A stretch of 64,000 bases of DNA from an uncultured delta proteobacterium (lineage in GTDB: Bacteria > Desulfobacterota > Syntrophobacteria > Syntrophobacterales > Syntrophobacteraceae). The notes beneath the pieces were generated by a model. That model was not told where the DNA came from. It worked only from the letters and a program-made list of their open reading frames with translations, and made no database searches. The translations under genes were made by a program, and so were the position numbers. The DNA lies in assembly GCA_963808625.1 (NCBI GenBank), contig CAWEHK010000042.1, forward strand, positions 1 to 64,000, written 5' to 3'. Shown here piece by piece: positions 21,599 to 31,156 of the stretch (position 1 is its first letter; each line of letters starts with the position of its first letter).

Positions 21599-21603
21599 GA
21601 TGG

Positions 21604-21999
21604 TTACCTTTCCTCATCCTGGGCCATTCTGTCGACGATATCTTCGATATGAAGCAGTCCCAGAATGGCTTTGCTGCCGGGACGGTCCGAAACGACAATG
21701 AGATGTTCGATCTTACGCTTGTCCATTAACTGAATGGCCTCCCTAAGGGGAGTGCTGGGGGTGATGGTAAAAGTGTAAGGGACAAGAATATCCTTCACTT
21801 TGGCCTGGCGAAGGTCCCTGCCGAAGGCCTTCAAAATACTTCGGGCGGAAATAATCCCCAGGACCTCGCGACTTTGGTTGATCACGACACAATAATGCGT
21901 CGAGTTCACCAACATAATTTGAGCCACCTCTCTTACGCTGGTGTCTTCGCTGCAGGATAAAGCCCCTTTGCGCATCAAGCGCATGACCCTTTCTTCCAT
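21604..21999 (-). CDS. Stand-alone CBS-pair protein
   Basis: Two CBS repeats (LGIIS; KIEHLIVV...LGLLHIEDI). Confidence 0.85.
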   Translation of the reverse strand: MEERVMRLMRKGALSCSEDTSVREVAQIMLVNSTHYCVVINQSREVLGIISARSILKAFGRDLRQAKVKDILVPYTFTITPSTPLREAIQLMDKRKIEHLIVVSDRPGSKAILGLLHIEDIVDRMAQDEER

Positions 22000-22260
22000 C
22001 GCTTGCCCTTCCTGTTCGGCTAATGCAAATTCCGCTCAGCCTTAAAAAAACCATTCTGAGGTCAAAAGCAATCCCTCCGAAACCGAAAGACCGATCGGCC
22101 CGGTTCAGGGATGGGAACGCTTTGCCTGTGCTCTGAGCAGTTGCAGCAACCTTTGTCGCCCCATGTCATACCATTCTTTGCCGACCTCAGCTACTGGGAA
22201 GTTAAGGCGCATCTCGAGGATTTGCACAAAAAAGCTCTGCCGACAGGCGCTCGATCCCAC

Positions 22261-22410
22261 TTACGATTTGAGAAACTTTGACATTCTAAGCGTGTTCCCG
22301 ATGACGGTGAGGCTGCTTGCAAACATTGCGAGAACCGCCAGCAGAGGGTTCAACATCCCGGCGACCGCCAGGGGAATGCCGAGCGCGTTGTAGAGCAACC
22401 AAGGGAGAAG
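22261..22410 (-). pseudogene. C-terminal remnant of a heavy-metal P1B-type ATPase
   Basis: YNALGIPLAVAGMLNPLLAVLAMFASSLTVIGNTLR matches the last two TM helices. The rest of the gene is absent. Confidence 0.8.
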
Positions 22411-22777
22411 CTCTCGCAGAAAAAATGGATTGCGAGAGCCAGTAATACCGATCATCTCATCGCCGAAGTTTGTTCTTGAAGTCACTGCCTGAACCTTTCA
22501 TAATTTACGGCCCGGCATGGCTTTCAGCAAAACAGGTCAGGATCGAATCATTGTGGGATTTGATTGGATCTCGGGTTTCAGACTGCTGCCTGACCGGAGA
22601 GTGTGCCATGTCCTCATAACGGATGGGGTGAAATGGATGCCATGAGGAGTGAGAGTTCTTTTCTCGCCGCCCACAACCAGAGAACTCGAAGGTAAAGGTC
22701 ATCCCTCGGCACGCGATGACGCTCATGAGGGTCGAGGCTGAGCCGATAAGGTGCCTGTTATTTTCAGGACACTCCCA

Positions 22778-24830
22778 ATGAAAAAAGATGAAAACAAAAC
22801 CAAAGACGAACTCATAAACGAATTGATGATGTTGCGCCAACAGGTTGCTGTACTGGAAAACCACAAGGCGGAGCAGAAGCTTGTGGAGGAGGCTCTCGAG
22901 GAATCTGAAGAGCGATTCAGAGCCATTTTCAATAATTTGCGGGATGGACTGCTGCTGGCGGATAAAGCGACAAAGAAGTTTCTTATGGCCAACCCAGCAA
23001 TGCATCAGATGTCGGGATATGCCGCCGAAGAACTCCTTCGCTTGGGAATAAACGATATTCATCCCGAACAAGATCTTCCCACTGTGTTAAGCAAGTTTGA
23101 GCAACTGGCAAGAAGAGAAATCGTGATAGCTCCGGATATTCCGGTGAGAAAAAGAGACGGGACCATCTTTTATGCCGATATAACCGCTTCCTTTCCCATA
23201 ATATTCAACGGAAAGGAAGCTGTGATGGGGGTATTCAGGGACATCACCGAGCGCAAACAGACCGAAGAGGCGCTGCGGCAAAGCGAGGCACGATATCGGA
23301 ACATCTTCGAGAACGCGGCTGAAGGGATTTATCAAAGTGCACCAGATGGGCGATACCTCGAGGTCAACCCGGCCTTTGCCCGGATGTTTGGCTTTGATTC
23401 ACCAAACGACCTAAAGAATGACATCCAGGACATTGGCAGGCAGCTTTACGTGGACCCGTCGCTGCGCGAGGAATGCATCCGAACGCTGCAGGAGAAGGAT
23501 GCAGCCATTTTTGAGGTCCAGTTCCGCAGGAAAGATGGCAGCATGGGATGGCTCTCCAATAATGTCCGGGCCGTTCGTGACCATCACGGGAAAATCACCC
23601 ACTTTGAAGGTGTGGCTGAAGATATTACCGAACATAAACATATGGAAGAAGCACTTCGAGAAAGTGAGGAGCGGTACCGCAGGTTGGTTGAGTATTCTCC
23701 CGAAACGATAGCGGTTCATGCCGAGGGGAAGATCGTCTACTGCAATCCTGCTGGTGCAAAACTCCTGGGCGCTGCAAATCAGGATGAGCTCGTTGGCAAA
23801 CCGGTGCTCGATTTCTTCCTCCCGGATTCTCGGGAGAGCGTGAAGTCCAAAATCCGGGATGATCTTGTCATCGGTTCGGCAAATCCTCTTCTGGAGCGAA
23901 AAATCCTTCGCCTCGATGGCAAAATCATCGACGTTGAAGTGACCATAATGCCCATCGATTATCGTCAAAAGCCGGCAGTGCAGGTAGTCATGAGAAATGT
24001 CACGGACCGCAAGCGAGCCGAGGAAGAACTGAAGAAGGCTCACAATGAACTGGAAGACCGGGTCGAGGAGCGGACTGCTGAACTGCGGATGGTGAATGAT
24101 CAACTCCGTCGGGAAATTGCTGAACATAAACACACCCAGGAAGCACTGAAGCTTTCAGAAAACCAACTCAGATTTCTTTCCTCGCGGCTTTTAGAAGCGC
24201 AGGAAGAAGAACGAAAAAGGATCGCCAGAGAACTTCATGACAGCATCGGCCAGTCCCTGGCGGCAGTTAAGTTCAATGTGGAAAGTCTCCTGCAGGGAGA
24301 AGCCGTAAAGAATTCTGAGGAACTGGCCAAGCCCTTGGAATTCCTGGTACCAATCATTCAGGGTGCCATTGAAGAGGCCAGAAGGATCTATACCGGCTTG
24401 CGGCCAACGATTCTGGATGACTTGGGGATCCTGGCAACGATCAGCTGGTTTTGCCGCGAATTTCGGAAAACGTTTCCTCATATTCGTGTTCTTGAAGACG
24501 ATCCGAGTGGAAGAAGAAGAAATCCCCGAGCCCATAAAAATAGTCATTTTCAGGGTGCTTCAGGAAGCTCTGAACAATGTCGCCAAATACAGCAGCGCCA
24601 AGCAGGTGAATGTCACTCTTTTGAACAGTTCAGACAACATCGAGTTGGCCATTGAAGATAATGGCAACGGGTTTGATTTGCAGGAAGTTATCTCGAAAAA
24701 TGCCCACGAGAAAGGCTTGGGGCTTACCGGGATGTGGGAGAGAACAGAACTCTCCGGCGGGACTTTTCAAATTGCATCACTAATGGGTCGAGGAACAAGT
24801 ATTCGAGCCTCGTGGCCTTCCGAGGTGTGA
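22778..24830 (+). CDS. Cytoplasmic multi-PAS sensor histidine kinase (HisKA_3 type; frameshift near 24500)
   Basis: Three PAS/PAC repeats, EERKRIARELHDSIGQ, QEALNNVAKYS, IEDNGNGF and GLGL.GM.ER. Confidence 0.92.
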
Positions 24831-24849
24831 GGCTCAATTCTGGCGCCAG

Positions 24850-24956
24850 ATAGCTTCCATCCGGAAACCCGATTTTGTAGGAGCGGCTTCCCAGCCGCGA
24901 TCGGGGCTGGAAGCTCCTCCTACAGAGCAAGGTACCACTTTCCGGATGAGAACTAG
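24850..24956. mobile_element. MITE-like element enclosing a GTAG-type REP palindrome
   Basis: CATCCGGAAA and TTTCCGGATG inverted ends. GTAGGAGCGGCTTCCCAGCC...GGCTGGAAGCTCCTCCTAC at 24877-24923. Confidence 0.6.
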
Positions 24957-24973
24957 ATAGCAATCGCCGTTGC

Positions 24974-26374
24974 TTAAGCGTCAGGTAGAGACGCGGCTGA
25001 AATCCCAAACTTCTTCATTCTCTTCCAGACGGTCACCCGGTTAACTCCCAGGATCCGGGCCGCCTCGGTCTGATTGCCCTCAGCTTTTTGCAGTGCGTCC
25101 AGCAAATGTTTTCGTTCTTTAAGGTACTTAGCTTGGAACGGGCCAGTTACGGTAGCTTGTGTCTGCGAAAGGGGTGGCAGCGGAGGGTTCCCCGCCTTGG
25201 AATTGATCTTGCGGACGACGTGTTCCGGCCGAATTAACCCCTCAGGGCACATAACGAAGGCGTACTCGATGACATTTCTCAACTCCCGAATATTTCCAGG
25301 CCAATCGTGGTCGAGCATGATGTCCAGGGCTTCGCGGCTCAGGCCGACGATGGCCTTGCTGCTTCGGGAAGAAATCCGGTCGATGAAAGTCTGAGTGAGC
25401 GAGGGAATGTCTTCTTTGCGCTGTCTGAGCGGAGGAACAAAAACCGGAACAACGTTGACCCGGAAAAACAAGTCAGCGCGAAACGCCCCCTGCGCAACCA
25501 TGCTTTCGAGGTCCTTATTGGTCGCCGTGACCAACCTCGCATCCACCGGGATAACGCGCTGGTCCCCCACACGTTCGATCTCTTTGGCTTCCAGAACACG
25601 GAGAAGCTTTCCCTGCATGAGGGGTGAGACATCCCCGATTTCATCGAGAAAAATAGTTCCCCCCAAGGCGGCTTCAAAGCGTCCCATGCGATCGCGGCCA
25701 GCTCCCGTAAATGCTCCCTTGACGTGGCCGAACAATTCGCTCTCGAGCAGATTGTCGTTGAGAGAAGCACAGTTCACTTTGATGAAGGGGCCTTTTGAGC
25801 GGGGTCCCAAATCGTGGATAGCTTGTGCCACCAGTTCTTTGCCCACGCCGGACTCGCCGTAGATCAATACCGGGGCTTCCGATTGAGCCACTTCCTGGAT
25901 CAAATCCAAAAGGCGCTGCATACAAGCCGAAGAGCCCACCATTCCGGTATTGCCTGACTGGACCTGGAGACTGGCCCGGAGGCGGCCGATCTCCTCCTCC
26001 TGGCGCACCATTTCCGTGATGTCACGCATGGCCTCGACGGCACCGGTGATCCGACCGCTCTCATCACGCAACACCGTCGCCGATTTGATGGCCTCGACCC
26101 TGACGCCGTTCTTTGCTTCAAGACTGCATCGGCGATTACGCACTTCTCCCATGATGAACATATTGCACCATGGGCTGTCCGGTTTTGGGTCCAGAATCTT
26201 ACAGCCGGTGCAGTTGAGAATAGTGCATCGCTTCCCGACCAACTCGCCGCAGGAATAGCCCGTCATGTCTTCAAACGACCGATTAACGGCCTGAATGATC
26301 CCCTCGGGAGTAACGACCACCAGGCCATCCTGCATCGTCTCGACTACTGCTTTATAGAAATTGTTGTCCTTCAT
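24974..26374 (-). CDS. PAS-domain sigma54-dependent transcriptional activator
   Basis: GESGVGKE, ESELFGHVKGAFTGA, WPGNIREL and a Fis-type HTH. Cys-rich PAS domain. Confidence 0.95.
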   Translation of the reverse strand: MKDNNFYKAVVETMQDGLVVVTPEGIIQAVNRSFEDMTGYSCGELVGKRCTILNCTGCKILDPKPDSPWCNMFIMGEVRNRRCSLEAKNGVRVEAIKSATVLRDESGRITGAVEAMRDITEMVRQEEEIGRLRASLQVQSGNTGMVGSSACMQRLLDLIQEVAQSEAPVLIYGESGVGKELVAQAIHDLGPRSKGPFIKVNCASLNDNLLESELFGHVKGAFTGAGRDRMGRFEAALGGTIFLDEIGDVSPLMQGKLLRVLEAKEIERVGDQRVIPVDARLVTATNKDLESMVAQGAFRADLFFRVNVVPVFVPPLRQRKEDIPSLTQTFIDRISSRSSKAIVGLSREALDIMLDHDWPGNIRELRNVIEYAFVMCPEGLIRPEHVVRKINSKAGNPPLPPLSQTQATVTGPFQAKYLKERKHLLDALQKAEGNQTEAARILGVNRVTVWKRMKKFGISAASLPDA

Positions 26375-26512
26375 GTTAATCCTCTGTTAACGATTTGAGC
26401 AACACTTGGGCAACATTAAAGAAAGCCATGGCGAGACGAAGAAAGCAAGGTCATCTGCGAAGAAAGAGCTGTGAAAGGGCGTTGGCATCCAGGAACTGAA
26501 GTCAATGAGAAA

Positions 26513-26528
26513 TGGCATGCACATTGTA
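26513..26528 (+). promoter_or_regulatory. Putative sigma54 (-24/-12) promoter of the hydrogenase operon
   Basis: TGGCAT-N5-TTGTA versus consensus TGGCAC-N5-TTGCW. A divergent activator gene is adjacent, with a TGTT..AACA dyad at about 26386-26404. Confidence 0.55.
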
Positions 26529-26581
26529 TGGATGCTATTGCAATCGTAAGAGAAGAATATCAATCCAGTTAGGAAAAGGAG

Positions 26582-27564
26582 ATGCCAATGCAGGTATCAC
26601 GAAGGAATTTTCTCAAGTACTGTCTAGGATCTGCGGCAGCCTTGGGTCTCAGTTCGTCAGTATTGGGCAGCTTGGAAAAGGTGTTCGCGGCGGGCGGCGG
26701 CCCGCCCATTCTCTGGCTGAGTGCAGCCAGTTGTACCGGGTGCACGGTTTCGCTGGCCAACCGCGTATCCACTTCAAAGCCGACAGATGTTGCCGATCTT
26801 CTGATCAATTCCGTCAATCTTGCCTATCACCCCAACCTTATGGGAGCGGCGGGAGACCTGGCTGTCAGTACGCTCCGCACCGTGGTCAACAGCAAGAACT
26901 ACATTCTCGCCGTCGAAGGGGGATTCCCACAGCCTTCAATGGCTATGCCTGTGTCTTGTGGACGGAAAACGGCCAGGAGGTTACGGCGTTGCAAGCGGCA
27001 ACCAGCCTCGCCACCAACGCCAGGGCTATTCTGAGTATCGGCTCCTGTGCAAGCTTTGGCGGAATCCCATCGGGCAAGCCGAACCCCACGCAAACCAAGA
27101 GCGTTAAAACGGTCACCGGAAAACCTACGATCAACGTTCCCGGATGCCCTGCTCACCCGGACTGGGTGATTGGGACCATCGCCCAGTTGCTTGGCGGGGT
27201 GAGCCCTGCACTGGATTCTTATGGGAGGCCTAAGACATTTTTCACTTCCTCTACGGTCCACGATCAATGCCCGAGGAAGGACAGCGACTGGGCGCTCAAC
27301 TTTGGCATAAACGATCGGTGCCTCCAAGGTTTGGGCTGCAAAGGGCCGAACACTCATGCCGATTGTCCCAAGCGGCAGTGGAACAACAAGGCAAATTGGT
27401 GCGTGGGGGCAAATTCCATCTGCCTTGGATGCACGGAGAGTACCTTCCCGGACGGTTTTTCTCCCTTCTTCAGTAGCACGGGAGCACTGCCTGATGACCA
27501 CAAGTCGGTAGACACGAAAAAGACCTGCATCCAATGCCATGGCAGCAGCCCTGGTGACGATTAA
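26582..27564 (+). CDS. [NiFe] hydrogenase small subunit, Tat signal, C-terminal CxxCH (frameshift in a G run near 26920)
   Basis: SRRNFLK, SCTGC, GSCASFGGIP, PGCP, HDQCPR, CLQGLGCKGP and CLGC. Confidence 0.93.
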
Positions 27565-27616
27565 GAATGAAGATTCAGGACGTCATACAGCCTACAGTTA
27601 CAGATAGGAGGACCAA

Positions 27617-29059
27617 ATGCCAACAACGGCAATAACAAAAATTGTGGATCCAGTAACGCGCATCGAAGGCCACATGAAAGTTGAGGTGACTATCGACACG
27701 GTTGCAGGCCGGTTGGAAGTTACCGACGCGCATTCAACGGGAACGCTGTTCCGTGGTTTCGAGACGGTTTTGACTGGGCGCAATCCATGGGATGCCCCCA
27801 TCATCACCGAACGCATTTGCGGCGTTTGTCCCGTCGCTCATGGCATGGCATCGGTAATGGCGCTGGAAGCGGCGGCGGCGCGGAAATCTTCCGGTAATGC
27901 GAGAATCCTGCGCAATCTTGTCTTAGGCGCGGATTTTCTCCATTCCCATATCCTTCACTTCTATCTCCTTGCGGCGATGGATTATGTGAAAGGGCCGGCA
28001 AGCGCCCCCTGGACCCCCGCCTGGGATATCCCGACAAGGCCTGGATTGGACACGCTGACGATTGCCGGGAACCTTCCAAACGCCATCGAGGCGCGGCGGC
28101 GTGCCCACGAGATGGGCGCCCTTTTCGGCGGCAGAATGCCGCACCCGCATGCATACATTGCCGGCGGCTTCACTGCCGTGCCGACCAGCGATAAGATCAC
28201 GAAATTTGGGGCACATCTTGATTGGCTTATCAGCTTTATTCAGAACGTCTACATCCCGGACGTCCAGATGCTCTCCAACGTCTACCCGGATTATAAGGCC
28301 ATCGGGGACGGCTACCGAAACCTCTTAGCCTACGGCGCCTTTGACACGAATGATGCCGGCACCACCAGGCTTTTCAAGAGAGGCTTGGTTAGAGCTGCTA
28401 CCCCCAGTACGGTCCAGACGGTGGCCACCGCTAACATAAACGAATCAGTAACGTATTCCTGGTACGACAACACCACCAACAACCTGGGGCCCGCAAAAGG
28501 CTCCACCAAACCAGTCTACCCCAAAACCGGGGCCTACTCATGGCTCAAAGCGCCGCGTTATCAGGGTGAACCCTTTGAAGCCGGACCTCTTGCCAGAATG
28601 TGGGTGAACGGAAACTACCGGAAGGGCATCTCGGTTATGGACCGTCACCTTGCTCGCGCCCAGGAGGCATTGAAAATCGCTCAGGCAATGAAGACCTGGC
28701 TGAGCCAACTGACGGTGGGTGGACAGGTCTACGACACGGGTTTTACCCTCAGTATGCCCAATAGTGGCAGTGGCGTGGGGCTCACTGAGGCCCCCCGGGG
28801 GGCATTAGGGCACTGGGTGACGGTTGCCAGTGGCAAGATTTCCACCTATCAGGTCATCACACCCACCTGCTGGAATGCTTCCCCGCGCGATGCCAAGGGC
28901 GTTCGCGGTCCTATCGAGGAGGCCCTTGTCGGGACTCCCATAAACAATCCGGATGAGCCAATAGAGGTCGTGCGCGTCATCCACTCATTCGACCCGTGTC
29001 TTTCATGCGCCGTTCATGTGATGCGACCGAAAGGAAAGGTTTCCGTCTTCTCGGTATAG
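27617..29059 (+). CDS. Group 1 [NiFe] hydrogenase large subunit
   Basis: DPVTRIEGH, L1 motif RICGVC, EAPRGALGHW, L2 motif DPCLSCAVH plus a cleavable tail. Confidence 0.96.
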   Translation: MPTTAITKIVDPVTRIEGHMKVEVTIDTVAGRLEVTDAHSTGTLFRGFETVLTGRNPWDAPIITERICGVCPVAHGMASVMALEAAAARKSSGNARILRNLVLGADFLHSHILHFYLLAAMDYVKGPASAPWTPAWDIPTRPGLDTLTIAGNLPNAIEARRRAHEMGALFGGRMPHPHAYIAGGFTAVPTSDKITKFGAHLDWLISFIQNVYIPDVQMLSNVYPDYKAIGDGYRNLLAYGAFDTNDAGTTRLFKRGLVRAATPSTVQTVATANINESVTYSWYDNTTNNLGPAKGSTKPVYPKTGAYSWLKAPRYQGEPFEAGPLARMWVNGNYRKGISVMDRHLARAQEALKIAQAMKTWLSQLTVGGQVYDTGFTLSMPNSGSGVGLTEAPRGALGHWVTVASGKISTYQVITPTCWNASPRDAKGVRGPIEEALVGTPINNPDEPIEVVRVIHSFDPCLSCAVHVMRPKGKVSVFSV

Positions 29060-29816
29060 CCTTATGATTGAGGCGCCATACCCGGCGCTCACTCGGGGCG
29101 GCCTTCACCAAACCCCCTGATCGATGCCTCTCCCGTTCGGGAGGGGCATCGCCATTTCGTCCTCCGCTCTGCGGTTTTCCCAGGGCAAGCATGTTGGTGC
29201 TTCATAATCCTGGCTGTGATAGCCGGTTACCGGTCAGTTGTAAGCAGATCGTGGCCCGGGGTGAGCTATGCTCGCCATGGACCTTTCCAAGCAAAGAGAG
29301 ACTCAGCTCTTCCAGGCAAACATCTGTCTGAGCGTATCATGGCCGGCCAAATGGTGGATGAGTGCCATCGATCCATGGCCGAACCAATAGATCCAGACAA
29401 AGGTGGAGCAGAATTCATGCAGCTCTTCGCATAGGTGGGTGGCAGGAGCCTGCGCAGGACGATCTTGCGATCGGTTGACAAAATCGGTACACTCCAAGCC
29501 ACACCAACTGGTGCGCTTCCGCCTTGATGACGCCGCGTCCGCTTTCAGTTTACGCGTCTTGCGCACGGTCCACAAGCAGTGAGAGGGGTAGCCTTGGCTC
29601 AGTTCAGCCGCTTCATATTCTCTCTGAGCAAACTTGGGGTGAGGGCCCTGGAGCGCATCAATCTTGCAACCGAGGACATCTGCGGGCTTAAGGACATCCT
29701 TTTCCATTATCAGGAATTGGGCAGCAAGGACAAGGAATTTGCCGTCTTCCCGGCAGACCGCCACGTAATCATCCGTGGTGAGGGCTCGGAGCGTATCTTT
29801 GCAAGGATTCTGTCGT

Positions 29817-30146
29817 TCATCCGGAGCAGAGGGTAAGACTCCCCGGCTCCGCATCGCGAAAGCCATCGGGAAGAGTGGGTGGAGCCGGATCGATTTCAAT
29901 CCCGAGAGACAGGCGAACGAAGTAGCTCATCAGGATATTCACGCGGCCGTCGGCACAGCCAAGATCAGCAAAAACGGTGCGCTCGGAATCAATCAGGCCG
30001 GAAACTTCGAGTTCCTGAATGCAGCTCAAAAATTTGTATAAATCGGTCGACTTACGATAGCCTTCAAGACCCTCGTACCCGAAGCGGCAGCCATCAAAAA
30101 AAGCCGCGATCAGGGCCAAGCTTTCAAACTGACGGTCGGTGATCAT
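29817..30146 (-). pseudogene. Truncated class I SAM methyltransferase-like gene
   Basis: FADLGCADG and LGIEID motifs, after which the fold is not completed. Confidence 0.55.
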
Positions 30147-30633
30147 TACTTCGGCAGCTTATGAATCGTTTCACCGCTTCATGAAGGAGGAACACGGTTT
30201 CCATTTCTTCTCCAGTCACCGCCTGCAGCCTTATGAGGTCTTCGTGTGCAAGCCATCTTTGAATTCTGCTGCAAAGATAGTTGATGCACAGGATGTCGCG
30301 CGCCATCAGGCCACATCCGTCGCTCCCCAAAAAATAACAGCTGTTGGCGAAGCGGCGTCCCGCCGGCAGGCTCCCGCCCAAGAGGAGATTGATGAGCAGG
30401 AGATGGGGTGAATAGCGGTTTTCGATCCCCGCTCCGCAGCAACTGCCCCCCTCTTCTTCTTCACAGCGTTTGCAGACGGCAAAAATCCCAAGATCAAGGC
30501 TTACCCTTCCGGAGGCTGAGACCTTCTCGCGCAAAGCCTCAAGGAGACCCCTCAGCTTCGCATCTCCCGCTATTTCGCCCCCCCATGCCCGAAAGAGGTC
30601 CTCTGCGATCCTGATTTTTTCATCAATAGTCAT
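30124..30633 (-). CDS. Cys-cluster protein (YkgJ-like)
   Basis: CKRC...SCCG...CYFLGSDGC.L..R..LCINYLC. Confidence 0.75.
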   Translation of the reverse strand: MTIDEKIRIAEDLFRAWGGEIAGDAKLRGLLEALREKVSASGRVSLDLGIFAVCKRCEEEEGGSCCGAGIENRYSPHLLLINLLLGGSLPAGRRFANSCYFLGSDGCGLMARDILCINYLCSRIQRWLAHEDLIRLQAVTGEEMETVFLLHEAVKRFISCRSNDHRPSV

Positions 30634-30703
30634 GTCGGGAAGACGCCCGGGAACTTTGGCAACGGCCGTGCACCATCGTTTCAGTTTACTTACTGTTCAC
30701 CGT

Positions 30704-30736
30704 CCACTCATCACTCATCACTCATCACTCATCACT
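30704..30736. repeat. CACTCAT heptamer array
   Basis: About 4-5 units read directly. Confidence 0.85.
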
Positions 30737-30767
30737 AATTTAGCCAGCCCCCAGCACCCAGAACTCT

Positions 30768-31139
30768 CTAACGCCCCGCTTCGGGTTCCTTTTTCTGGAA
30801 CTCGATAAGCAATTCATTCTCTCGAAGCCAGCCCAATTCCTCGCGCACCATTTTCTCCTGGGCTCGCGGACTGTTCTTGAAAGCCTGGATTTTCCTGAAG
30901 AGCTTCTGGTTCTCTTCCTTGAGATTGAGAATCTTAGCTTCCAATTCTTCGACCTGGGCGCACTGCCTGCGAAATCCGAGAATGCCCTGAGAAGAGAAAA
31001 AGATGCTTTGAAACAGCAAGGCATTGAGCAGCAAAAGCACCCCCACCAGCAGGAACAAGGGGCTAATTCCCCGCAGCAAGGGGTGTTGACCTTCCTCTGC
31101 ACCCTCATCCCGATTTCGGTCGAAAATCCTTCGGTTCAT
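30768..31139 (-). CDS. Septum formation initiator family protein (FtsB/DivIC)
   Basis: Single TM helix, coiled coil, and EKMVREELGWLRENE. Confidence 0.85.
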   Translation of the reverse strand: MNRRIFDRNRDEGAEEGQHPLLRGISPLFLLVGVLLLLNALLFQSIFFSSQGILGFRRQCAQVEELEAKILNLKEENQKLFRKIQAFKNSPRAQEKMVREELGWLRENELLIEFQKKEPEAGR

Positions 31140-31156
31140 CCCGATGCCTCCCTGGT

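Noticed and set aside
22640..22760. Possible riboswitch upstream of the PAS kinase
   Set aside because: Only a loose likeness to c-di-GMP-I motifs. The conserved tetraloop and receptor elements were not found.
28985..29012. Selenocysteine ([NiFeSe]) hydrogenase
   Set aside because: The codon in the DPC motif is TGT, not TGA, and a C-terminal extension is present.
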